Assembly (NCBI GenBank): GCA_043799545.1 | Contig: JAZDNO010000006.1 | Coordinates: forward strand, 157,868 to 221,867 | From: Methanobacteriota archaeon | Lineage (GTDB): Archaea > Thermoplasmatota > Thermoplasmata > SG8-5 > DAIRED01 | Direction: 5' to 3' | Length of the DNA: 64,000 nt | Shown here: positions 26,736 to 35,034 of the stretch, piece by piece | Numbering within the stretch: the first letter of the stretch is position 1 | Layout: each line of letters begins with the position of its first letter | Notes under the pieces: generated by a model | Seen by the model: the letters and a program-made list of their open reading frames with translations, nothing else | What the model was told of the DNA's origin: nothing | Database searches by the model: none | Made by a program: the position numbers and the translations under genes

Positions 26736-27259
26736 CGACAATTGAATACGTGGAGGAGCAGTTCCCAGAGATTGCCAGGATAAAGGACGCAAAGCTGAGG
26801 AAGCAGACGGCCGAAGTATGGGTCGAGGCCATGAAGCGCGGCGGGTGGAAGGATTTGGACGGCATCCCGTTCACCATGCTGGCCGGCGAGGTCGAGGCGA
26901 CCCTGGTGCAGCACACCCGCACCGTGACGAATCAGGCCATGGCCGTCGCGGAGCACCGCAAGGACCTGCGCTGGGATTTGGTCGTGTCGGGCGCCATATT
27001 GCACGACGTCGGCAAGCTGCTGGAATACGTCCGCAAGGACGGCAAGGTCGTCGTCAGCCCCGCGGGAAAGATGATTCGCCACCCCGTAAGCGGAGCGGGT
27101 CTGGCCATGGTCTGCGGCCTGCCGGACGAGATAGTCCACATCATCGCGGCGCACTCCAAAGAGGGAGATGCCGTGAAGCGAATCCCAGAAGCCGTGCTCA
27201 TCAACCACTGCGACTTCATAGACTTCGAAATCGTGAAGGCCAAGAAAGAATACAAGTGA
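26732..27259 (+). CDS. HD-domain protein
   Basis: VQHTRTV...AILHDVGKLLEY...HP..G...IIAAHS. The ATGA start/stop overlap with the upstream gene suggests an operon. Confidence 0.8.
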   Translation: MTTIEYVEEQFPEIARIKDAKLRKQTAEVWVEAMKRGGWKDLDGIPFTMLAGEVEATLVQHTRTVTNQAMAVAEHRKDLRWDLVVSGAILHDVGKLLEYVRKDGKVVVSPAGKMIRHPVSGAGLAMVCGLPDEIVHIIAAHSKEGDAVKRIPEAVLINHCDFIDFEIVKAKKEYK

Positions 27260-27268
27260 GGCGCAGAC

Positions 27269-28819
27269 ATGCCCAAGAACGCGGTCGGACGAGAGATACC
27301 GAATGAGGTCGATGGCAGGAAGCTGAAGCCTTTCAACGGCGCGTACGCGCATCTGGAGCGGGGCTTCTTCACGCCCCAGCCCAAGAAGCCGTGCGTCTGG
27401 GACGAGAGCAAGCTCCTTCCGACGCTGGACGAGGCCTTCGAGCGCGCCAAGATAGGCGACGGCGCATGCCTCTCGTTCCACCACCACCTCCGCAACGGCG
27501 ACCGCGTGCTCAACATGGTCATGTCAGTCGCTGAGAAGCGCGGCCTGAAGAACCTCAAGCTCGCCCAGAGCGCCATCTTCCCGGTCCACGAGCCAGTGTG
27601 CAAGATGATTGAGAACGGCACGATAACTAGCATCGAGGGCTCCACGAACGGCCCCGTCGGGCGCCTGATTTCCGAGGGGAAGATGAAAGGAGTCGCGATA
27701 ATGCGCTCCCACGGCGGGCGCGTCAGGGCAATCATGGCCGGGCACATCAAAATCGACGCCGCTTTCATCGCGGCGCCGTGCGCGGACGAGTACGGCAACG
27801 CGAACGGCCGTAGCGGTCCGGCGGCGTGCGGCCCCATGGGCTACGCGATGGCAGACTCGAAGTACGCCAGCAACGTCGTTCTGGTCACGGACAACTTACA
27901 ACCCTACCCCGTCCTCCCGCCGGTCATCAACCAGGCGGACACCGATTTCGTCGTAAAGGTCGACTCCATCGGCAACCCCCAGGAAATCGCATCCGGGACG
28001 ACCGAGGTCGCCACGGACGAGCAGTCGCTGAAGATTGCCAGGGGCGCGGCAGACCTCGTGGACGGGCTCGGCCTGGTCAAGGACGGCATGGGCTTTCAGG
28101 CTGGAGCGGGCGGGGCGTCTCTCGCGGCGAACAACATGATTGGCGAGATGCTCAGGAAGCGGAAGATTCGCGCCAGGTTCGCCAACGGCGGAGTCACGAT
28201 TCACCTCGTGAACATGATGAAGGAAGGCCTCATAGACTACCTCATGGACGGCCAGAGCTTCGACGCAGACAGCGCCAAGTCTCTCCTGGTCAATCCGAAG
28301 CACGTCGAGATAACCCCCGATATGTACGCCAACCCGTTCAACAAAGGCCAGGTCGTGAACATGCTCGACTTCGCCTACCTGGGCGCGACCGAGGTCGACG
28401 TAGACTTCAACGTGAATGTGAACACCCACTCGGACGGCACGCTCCTCCACGGAATTGGAGGACACCAGGACGTCGCCGCGGGGGCGAAGCACTGCATCGT
28501 AGTCTGCCCGACCAGGCGCAAGACGTTCCCAATCGTGATGGACCGCGTGACGAACGTCACAACGCCCGGCGAGACTGTGGACGCCATCGTGACAGAAGAG
28601 GGCATAGCCATCAACCCGCTGCGCAAGGACATGCTCGACGCGGTGCACGGCAAGGGCTTGCCAATAGTCGACATCCAGGACCTCGCCAAGACGGCGCTGA
28701 AGAAGGCCGGGGGGGTCCCGCCGCCGAAGCCCGAGTACCTCGACAGGGTCGTGGGGATAATAGAGTGGCGCGACGGGACGGTCATCGACGTCGTGAGGCA
28801 GCTCAAGCCGAAGGCGTGA
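27269..28819 (+). CDS. citF: Citrate lyase alpha subunit / citrate CoA-transferase
   Basis: 516 aa, collinear with my memory of E. coli CitF. Shared motifs: SFHHHLRNGDRVLNMVM, HGGRVRAI, DEYGNANG, GAGGASLA, FNVNVNTHSDG, and the C-terminus DRVVGIIEWRDGTVIDVVRQLK. Confidence 0.92.
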   Translation: MPKNAVGREIPNEVDGRKLKPFNGAYAHLERGFFTPQPKKPCVWDESKLLPTLDEAFERAKIGDGACLSFHHHLRNGDRVLNMVMSVAEKRGLKNLKLAQSAIFPVHEPVCKMIENGTITSIEGSTNGPVGRLISEGKMKGVAIMRSHGGRVRAIMAGHIKIDAAFIAAPCADEYGNANGRSGPAACGPMGYAMADSKYASNVVLVTDNLQPYPVLPPVINQADTDFVVKVDSIGNPQEIASGTTEVATDEQSLKIARGAADLVDGLGLVKDGMGFQAGAGGASLAANNMIGEMLRKRKIRARFANGGVTIHLVNMMKEGLIDYLMDGQSFDADSAKSLLVNPKHVEITPDMYANPFNKGQVVNMLDFAYLGATEVDVDFNVNVNTHSDGTLLHGIGGHQDVAAGAKHCIVVCPTRRKTFPIVMDRVTNVTTPGETVDAIVTEEGIAINPLRKDMLDAVHGKGLPIVDIQDLAKTALKKAGGVPPPKPEYLDRVVGIIEWRDGTVIDVVRQLKPKA

Positions 28820-28824
28820 TTTCG

Positions 28825-29445
28825 ATGGCAAAGAAGAAGGCGACGAGGGAACGCATGGGCAAGGACGACTCGCTGCTCATCGATGTGCGCTCCCGCGAGG
28901 AGTACGTCAAGGAGCACGCCGACGGGTCGCTGAACATACCGCTGTACGACCTAGTCCATTACGTCCACGTGCTCGAAGGACGTACGCTCAAGCTCTACTG
29001 CAACACGGAGCGGCGCGCCGGGCTGGCGAAGGATATTCTCAACGGGCTGGGATTGGACGGCGAAATCGTTCCTTACGGGCGTACTGGGAAGAAGGTACGC
29101 GCCCCGATGATATGCGCCATGAACTTCCTGGAGATTAGGCCGGAGCACGAGGCGAAGGTTCACGACATCCTTTTCCGCCTATGCAAGGCTGTAGATGCGT
29201 ACCCTGGATTCCTGGGTTCTAAGGTGATGAAGGTCACCGGCGCCTCGCCGATGGGAAGCATGCTCCCCGGAAAGGAAATGGACGAGGATTTCTCGCCGCT
29301 GCGCTACGTCCTCATCACATACTGGGCGAGCAAGGAAATCCACGAAGCCTCGCACCGCCACCCCGAGTTCCAGCGCGCCTTCACGGAGCTGCCAGCCTAC
29401 CTATCTAAGATGCCGTACGAGGAGTTCTGCGAAATACTGCGGTGA
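28825..29445 (+). CDS. Rhodanese-domain / ABM (antibiotic-biosynthesis-monooxygenase-like) fusion protein
   Basis: This is the last 206 codons of ORF 27826..29445, starting at ATG 28825, 6 nt after the citF stop. LLIDVRSREEYVKEHADGSLNIPL...LYCNTERRAG is rhodanese with a CxxxxR loop. The C-terminal half (FLEIRPEHE...FLGSKVMKV...YVLITYWASKEIHEASHRHPEFQ) is ABM-like. Confidence 0.7.
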   Translation: MAKKKATRERMGKDDSLLIDVRSREEYVKEHADGSLNIPLYDLVHYVHVLEGRTLKLYCNTERRAGLAKDILNGLGLDGEIVPYGRTGKKVRAPMICAMNFLEIRPEHEAKVHDILFRLCKAVDAYPGFLGSKVMKVTGASPMGSMLPGKEMDEDFSPLRYVLITYWASKEIHEASHRHPEFQRAFTELPAYLSKMPYEEFCEILR

Positions 29446-29530
29446 TTGGGCCATGCGACGGGCAATCAAAATCCAGAGGCACTCATCTGTCTGGATGTCG
29501 GGTGGGTCCGTGGCTCTTTCCCATCGTTAT

Positions 29531-29566
29531 TTCTGATTTATCAGAATAATCAGAAAATTATAAATA
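29531..29566 (+). promoter_or_regulatory. Palindromic operator candidate plus TATA box upstream of the AbrB-arsM pair
   Basis: TTCTGAT-TT-ATCAGAA (29531-29546), a third half-site ATCAGAA (29549-29555), then TTATAAATA (29558-29566) about 35-40 nt before ATG 29601. GAGG lies 8 nt upstream of the ATG. Confidence 0.5.
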
Positions 29567-29600
29567 CTCCGGGCGCTATGCCATTTCTGAGGCGACAAAG

Positions 29601-29870
29601 ATGCCAAAGAAGGTGAAAGGCAAGGAAACCTGCGGAGAGCAGTGCTGCTACCTGGTCTCAGCGGTCACAACTGTGGATGCAAGAGGCCAGACGGTCCTCC
29701 CCAAAGACGTTCGGGAGCGCCTCGGCTTAGCCGCCGGGGACAAGCTGGCCGTGATTATCCACGAGACCACGGGGAAGCCGTGCTGCTTTTCGATGATCAA
29801 GGTCGGCGACCTGTCGATGATGGTCAGCGGGCCTCTCGGCAGGGCGATAAGCGAGAAGGGCAAGAGGTGA
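29601..29870 (+). CDS. AbrB/SpoVT-family DNA-binding protein with vicinal cysteine pairs
   Basis: VDARGQTVLPKDVRERLGLAAGDKLAVII is a SpoVT-AbrB looped-hinge-helix motif. Cys11, Cys15-Cys16 and Cys61-Cys62 flank it. Confidence 0.75.
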   Translation: MPKKVKGKETCGEQCCYLVSAVTTVDARGQTVLPKDVRERLGLAAGDKLAVIIHETTGKPCCFSMIKVGDLSMMVSGPLGRAISEKGKR

Positions 29871-29874
29871 CGAA

Positions 29875-30708
29875 ATGGCAAAGAAAGTGAGCAAGCTTGA
29901 CGAGGCAGGCATAAAGAAAGCCGTTCGCAAGGGGTACGCCAATGTGGCGAAGTCCGGCGGCTGCGGTTGCGGCTGCGGGCCATCGGATTGCGCGGGCGAG
30001 ATGAGCAAGAGCGTCGGTTATTCCGAGAAGGAGATGGCGGAGGTGCCCGACGGCGCGAACCTCGGCCTCGGCTGCGGCAACCCAGTTGCGCTGGCCTCTT
30101 TGAAGAAAGGCGAGACAGTCATGGACCTCGGCTCAGGAGCGGGCTTCGACGCGTTCCTTGCTGCAAACCGCGTCGGAAATACCGGACGGGTCATCGGCGT
30201 GGACATGACCCCGGAGATGCTTGACAAGGCACGGGCGAACGCCAAGAAGGGGAAGTACGCGAACGTCGAGTTCCGGTTGGGCGAAATTGAGAACTTGCCG
30301 GCGGCCGACAACTCCGTGGACGTGATTATCTCGAACTGCGTTATCAACCTGGCCCCTGACAAGGACAGGGTGTTCTGCGAGGCCGCGAGGGTCTTGAAAA
30401 AGGGCGGCCGCCTGATGGTCTCGGACATCGTGCTCCTGAAGCCGCTTCCGAAGCCTGTGATGGATTCCATGCGAGCGTACGTCGGATGCCTCTCGGGCGC
30501 GATCATGAAGGACGGCTACATCAAATCAATCGGGAAGGCCGGGTTCAAGAACGTAAAAGTGCTGGAAGAGAACCATTATCCAGTGGAATACGTCATGGAC
30601 GACGCCACGGCGAAGGAGCTCGGCGAGGCCGTGAAGCTGACGAAAAAGGACGCCGATGCCTTGGCCAAGGCCATCGTCAGCGTGAAGGTCAGCGCGGTGA
30701 AGAAATAA
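29875..30708 (+). CDS. arsM: Arsenite S-adenosylmethionine methyltransferase
   Basis: VRKGYANVAKSGGCGCGCGPSDC (N-terminal Cys cluster), the SAM motif VMDLGSGAGFDAFLAA, and ISNCVINLAPDK with a conserved Cys. 277 aa. Confidence 0.9.
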   Translation: MAKKVSKLDEAGIKKAVRKGYANVAKSGGCGCGCGPSDCAGEMSKSVGYSEKEMAEVPDGANLGLGCGNPVALASLKKGETVMDLGSGAGFDAFLAANRVGNTGRVIGVDMTPEMLDKARANAKKGKYANVEFRLGEIENLPAADNSVDVIISNCVINLAPDKDRVFCEAARVLKKGGRLMVSDIVLLKPLPKPVMDSMRAYVGCLSGAIMKDGYIKSIGKAGFKNVKVLEENHYPVEYVMDDATAKELGEAVKLTKKDADALAKAIVSVKVSAVKK

Positions 30709-30742
30709 CGCTGGCGCACTCAAAATCCTTCGCACAATCTTA

Positions 30743-32083
30743 CTATTTCCCCTTGACCTTCAGCGCCCGCTCCACTATCTCAACGGAGCTCCCGATGTAG
30801 CTCGTGGGGTCCAGGACCTTGTCCAGCTCCTTCGCCGGGAGGAGCCTCTTGATTTTCGGGTTGCGCAGCAGCGCCTCCCGATACAGGATACCCTTGTCAA
30901 CAGCCAGCATCGCCGCCTGGCGCGTGGCCTCGTGCGCGTCCTGCCGGCCCATGCCTTTGGAAGTCAATGCAATCATCACGCTCTCGGCCATCATCAGCCC
31001 GCCAGCCGACTCGATGTTCGCGCGCATCCTCTCCGGGAAGACCTCAAGGCCGCGGAAGACCTTGTCCGTCTTCACGACTATGTCGTCCGTCAAAATCGCC
31101 ACGTGCGGGAGGATGAACCTCTCCGCGGACGAGTTGGTCAGGTCGCGCTCGTGCCACGAAACGATGTTCTCCAGCGCTGGAGACACGAATCCCCGGACAA
31201 CTCTGGCGAGCCCGCACACGTTCTCCGACGTGATAGGATTTCGCTTGTGCGCCATCGTCGACGAGCCCACCTGCTTCTTGGCGTTGAATGCCTCGGCCAC
31301 TTCGCCGATTTCGCTCCTCTGGAGGTTGCGGACTTCCGTGCCGAAGCGCTCGATTGATGCGGCGATGTTCGCGCAGAGCATCACGAACTCGGCGTATCGG
31401 TCCCGGCCGACGAGCTGGGTAGCGGCCTCTTCAGCCTCCAGACCGAGCTCCCTCATGAGCAAATCCTGGACTTTGAGTGCGTCCTTGCCCAGGGCTGCGC
31501 CCGTTCCGACCGCTCCGGCCAGCTTCCCGACGCAGACGCGTGGCTCCGCCTCGCTCAGCCGCTTGGCGTGCCGGTCCATCTCCATCGCGAAGACGGCCAT
31601 CTTGAGACCGAACGTCACCGGGACTGCGAACTGGCCGTGCGTGCGCCCGACCATGGGCGTGCGCTTGTGCCTCGCGGCCAGCGCGAGCAGAGTGTCTCGC
31701 AGGTCCATGCAATCCTTCTCAAGAATCTTCATCGCGGCTTTTAGCTGGAGCGCCGTTGCCGTGTCGATTATGTCGTTGCTCGTGGCGCCGAGGTGCACGT
31801 ATCCGCCCGCGCCGCCGCACTGCTCCGAGAGCCCGCGCACGACCGCCATGATATCATGGCTTATTTCGCGCTCGATTGCGCTGACGCGCTCGACCTTCAC
31901 TATGCTGGTCTTCGCCTTGGCGGAAATCGTCTTCGCGGCGAAGGCGGGGACGCGCCCGGCTTTGGCGAGAGCCCGAACCAGCGCGGCCTCCACATCCAGC
32001 ATCGCCTGGAGCTTCGCCTCCTCTGAGAAAATCCTCTTCATCTCTTCTCGACCGTATCTGTACTCGAGCGGGCAGACGGGCAT
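30743..32083 (-). CDS. purB: Adenylosuccinate lyase
   Basis: N-terminus CPLEYRYGREEMKRIFSEE and the fumarate-lyase signature GSSTMAHKRNP. 446 aa. Confidence 0.95.
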   Translation of the reverse strand: MPVCPLEYRYGREEMKRIFSEEAKLQAMLDVEAALVRALAKAGRVPAFAAKTISAKAKTSIVKVERVSAIEREISHDIMAVVRGLSEQCGGAGGYVHLGATSNDIIDTATALQLKAAMKILEKDCMDLRDTLLALAARHKRTPMVGRTHGQFAVPVTFGLKMAVFAMEMDRHAKRLSEAEPRVCVGKLAGAVGTGAALGKDALKVQDLLMRELGLEAEEAATQLVGRDRYAEFVMLCANIAASIERFGTEVRNLQRSEIGEVAEAFNAKKQVGSSTMAHKRNPITSENVCGLARVVRGFVSPALENIVSWHERDLTNSSAERFILPHVAILTDDIVVKTDKVFRGLEVFPERMRANIESAGGLMMAESVMIALTSKGMGRQDAHEATRQAAMLAVDKGILYREALLRNPKIKRLLPAKELDKVLDPTSYIGSSVEIVERALKVKGK

Positions 32084-32145
32084 TTTGACACCCCGACCAG
32101 GGATAGCCCTCTGGGGTTATGGGCTTTTCCGTCCTGATGGGCGCT

Positions 32146-32952
32146 TCACATGAATTCCTGGTGGATTCTCATCTGGTACAGCGCCCCCAGCCCGAACAAG
32201 AGGTAGCTGGCAATCCACGCGAGCTCGATGAAGTTGCCGTCGAAGTAGATGCCCTGCCAGTCCAGCGCGGCGTACCCTATGTCCGCGACGGTCATCAGCA
32301 GTATCGCGGCCGAAATGATGTGCCAGCCTTTCGAGACCTGCGCCCCCCAGTACAGCGTGATGATGGCCCCTAGCCCCAGGAGGACTATGTCCAGGGCCAC
32401 GTAGGCGAGGTTCACGAACTTTTGGAAGCCGGAAAGGTCCTCCGAATCCATGGTCGGCCCGGCGACCCAGATGCCCGCCGGAATCGCGAAGGCCAGGACG
32501 ACGACGGCGGCGATGGCGATCTTTCGCGTGTCGAAGGCCAGCTTTGCGTACATCGCCTTGTAGGCGAACGCGAGTACGACGAAGACGTACCCTACCAGGA
32601 ACAGGTAGTCCGTGACCTTGAACGCCTCGTCAGAAAGCCCATCGGAACCCAGGGCCATCGCCAGCTGGTCGAACCCCGACACCAGCTCAGCCGAGAGCCA
32701 AAGGGCCATGCCGATGCCGAGAAGGAGCCACACTCTTCCCTCGAACCCCTTGACGCCGTAGAATTTGACCACCATGAGGACGATTACCGTGGCGATGACT
32801 ATCGAGCCGTCGTACGGTATGTATGTGGCGTTGACGGCCCAGTCCTCTCCGTTCCAGAGCGCCCACATGATGAGATAGAAGCCGACCGCGAACACAATCC
32901 ACGCGAGCATGAGTGCCGTCCTGGGGTCGCGGGCGAATTCCCTCGCGTTCAT
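32146..32952 (-). CDS. Polytopic membrane protein, function unknown
   Basis: 268 aa with about 7-8 hydrophobic helices. Its start overlaps the stop of the upstream small ORF (ATGA). Confidence 0.7.
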   Translation of the reverse strand: MNAREFARDPRTALMLAWIVFAVGFYLIMWALWNGEDWAVNATYIPYDGSIVIATVIVLMVVKFYGVKGFEGRVWLLLGIGMALWLSAELVSGFDQLAMALGSDGLSDEAFKVTDYLFLVGYVFVVLAFAYKAMYAKLAFDTRKIAIAAVVVLAFAIPAGIWVAGPTMDSEDLSGFQKFVNLAYVALDIVLLGLGAIITLYWGAQVSKGWHIISAAILLMTVADIGYAALDWQGIYFDGNFIELAWIASYLLFGLGALYQMRIHQEFM

Positions 32953-33206
32953 GACGCGCCGTCACCTCCCTGCTTGGACATCATCGACTTTATCTTGATG
33001 ACCCTCTGCCTGGCCTCAGACGGGCCGACGAAGCTGACGAGCGCCGCCTCTATGTGGATGTCGAGCGCTTTCGTCAGATCCGCGGGCGTTGCGATGTCGG
33101 GTATCGACCCGACCTTCTCCAGACCTTTCTTGACGATGCCGTAGCAAAGGATGTCCCCGAGGAACATCAGCTCTTCCTGGACTATCTTGCACGCTTCCGT
33201 GGGCAT
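32949..33206 (-). CDS. Hypothetical small protein (85 aa), translationally coupled to the membrane protein
   Basis: 4-nt ATGA overlap with 32146..32952. Composition looks coding. No recognised motif. Confidence 0.5.
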   Translation of the reverse strand: MPTEACKIVQEELMFLGDILCYGIVKKGLEKVGSIPDIATPADLTKALDIHIEAALVSFVGPSEARQRVIKIKSMMSKQGGDGAS

Positions 33207-33270
33207 TGGATTGTCTGGCTCCTGTGCAGGGATATCTGCTTAATGATATATAATCATTTTGAAATGCAAT

Positions 33271-34194
33271 CTAGAACTTGGCCTTGCACCCTTTGCAGGC
33301 CAGCCCGCCGCCCGACCGTTGCAGCGCGCCCCCGCACCGCGGGCACCGGGTCAAATCCAGGGCCCTCTCCAGCCACGCCCCGCGGACGTCGTCGATTTCC
33401 TCCCGCGCAGCGGCATCGACCGCATCCCTGGCCTCCGAGGTCGGAGCAAGCCTGCGAAGGGTATCCAGGACTTTTTTATCGGCCTCAAGCCCTTTCTTGC
33501 CGGACGGCTTCGCGCCGACCCTCACGAACAGCGGGGCGAGGCAGATGCCTGCCACCAGCCCTACCACGTGGGCGGAATGGGCGACGTTGTCGCTCTGACC
33601 GTTGGCGACCATCATCATGGTCAGCAAAACCTCCATGCCGAAGAAGACCCCGACGGCGATCCAGACTGGCACGCGCCTGAGGAATATCGGCCCGACGATC
33701 ATGGGGATTTCGTCCCTGGGATATAGGACAAGTATGGCGCCCATCAGGCCCGAGACGGCCCCCGAGGCCCCGACGAGCCTGAAATCCTGTCCCCAGCGCA
33801 GCAGGGCGTAGCCTACCGTGGCGAGCAGTCCGGTGAGGACGTATATTGCCATCGTCCTGCGGGTGCCGATGCGCTCCTCCAGGGAGACGCCTATGAAATA
33901 GAGCACCAGCATGTTCCCGAGAAGGTGGAGGATGTCCGCGTGGACGAACATCGAGGCCAGCAGCCCAACGTCCAGCGGCCTGGAGGAGTTGAAGACGACC
34001 TGATTGTCCAGCGCCAGCCATGCCGCGGGCGATGCGAATTCCAGAACCCACATGTACCCGAAAATCAGCATGTTGGCGACTATGAGCCATTGGGAAATCC
34101 AGCCCCTCTTGGCCAGCGCTACGGCGAATGGCATCGCGGCCAAAACGATGAAAGGGACGAGGGCGAGTTCCAGTTCGGACCACCGCCACCTCAA
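33271..34194 (-). CDS. Rhomboid-family intramembrane serine protease with a C-terminal zinc ribbon
   Basis: HADILHLLGNMLVLYFIG (H..xH...N) and GASGAVSGLMGA (GxSG). The C-terminus carries CPRCGG...CKGCKAKF. The ORF extends to 34407, but that part is antisense to the 34258 gene, so a TTG start near 34194 is proposed and the start remains uncertain. Confidence 0.8.
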   Translation of the reverse strand: MRWRWSELELALVPFIVLAAMPFAVALAKRGWISQWLIVANMLIFGYMWVLEFASPAAWLALDNQVVFNSSRPLDVGLLASMFVHADILHLLGNMLVLYFIGVSLEERIGTRRTMAIYVLTGLLATVGYALLRWGQDFRLVGASGAVSGLMGAILVLYPRDEIPMIVGPIFLRRVPVWIAVGVFFGMEVLLTMMMVANGQSDNVAHSAHVVGLVAGICLAPLFVRVGAKPSGKKGLEADKKVLDTLRRLAPTSEARDAVDAAAREEIDDVRGAWLERALDLTRCPRCGGALQRSGGGLACKGCKAKF

Positions 34195-34257
34195 TCGCGG
34201 CCCGCCACTTAAGCCCTGCGGCCTCGGTATCAAATAACCGTTCGCGGATGTGGGTGC

Positions 34258-34836
34258 GTGAGGCGCGATCCGAAGATATCCATAGAAACCGCAGACGGGG
34301 TGTACGGTCCGGCCGAAGACTCGACGCTGCTCATCGAGAGCGCGGACCCGAAGCCAGGCCATCGTGTGCTGGAGGTTGGTACCGGGAGCGGAATCGCCGC
34401 CCTCCATTGCGCCGCCGCGGGCGCGTGCGTGATAGCGACCGACCGAAATCCGGATGCGGCGAGGTGCGCGCTCGGAAACGCGCGTGCCAACGGCCTGGAC
34501 CGAGAGCGCGATTTCTCGGTGTTGGTCTGCGACCTGGCTGGCGCTTTGAGAGGGCCGTTCGACCTGGTCATTTTCAACCCGCCTTACCTGCCGGGAAGGG
34601 TGGGCCAGCTCGCAGCGGACGGCGGAACGGGGGGAATCGAGGTCGTTTCAAGGCTGCTTCAGGACCTATCCAGGCTTCTTTCTCCGGAGGGAAAATGCAT
34701 AATCGTGATGTCGAGCCATTCGGACATGGAGTTGCTCATGCGTCACTTTCCCTCGTTAGCGTTCCAGCGGCTTCGTGCGAAGGAGCTGTTCTTCGAGGTG
34801 TTAACATCTTACGAGATTCGAGTTACAAAAAAATAA
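34258..34836 (+). CDS. N5-glutamine methyltransferase, HemK/Mtq2-like
   Basis: VYGPAEDSTLL, SAM motif VLEVGTGSGIAAL, catalytic NPPY (VIFNPPYLP). 192 aa, the small archaeal form. Confidence 0.8.
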   Translation: MRRDPKISIETADGVYGPAEDSTLLIESADPKPGHRVLEVGTGSGIAALHCAAAGACVIATDRNPDAARCALGNARANGLDRERDFSVLVCDLAGALRGPFDLVIFNPPYLPGRVGQLAADGGTGGIEVVSRLLQDLSRLLSPEGKCIIVMSSHSDMELLMRHFPSLAFQRLRAKELFFEVLTSYEIRVTKK

Positions 34837-35034
34837 TCGTATAAAATGGTTTCTGAATACTTTTAATAAGCCTTCCGCTCATACAACATATCCAGTTGCG
34901 GCCATGACAACCCAACTTGAAAGACCGGCGAGGATGACGCCAGATCTCATGGCATTCTGCAAGGGTTTTCTTCTCACGAGGGGAGATTGCGTCGAGCGGG
35001 CGTGTATCTTCTGCAGGGCGTTTCTCATAAGGCT

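Noticed and set aside
27826-28824. N-terminal 333 codons of the 539-aa ORF 27826..29445
   Set aside because: This part overlaps citF out of frame and is Arg/Gly/Pro-rich junk. Only the part from ATG 28825 (the rhodanese-ABM protein) looks real.
34195-34407. N-terminal extension of the rhomboid ORF
   Set aside because: Most of it (34258..34407) is antisense to the well-supported methyltransferase gene starting at 34258. The rhomboid TM core starts downstream. The exact start (TTG ~34194) remains uncertain.
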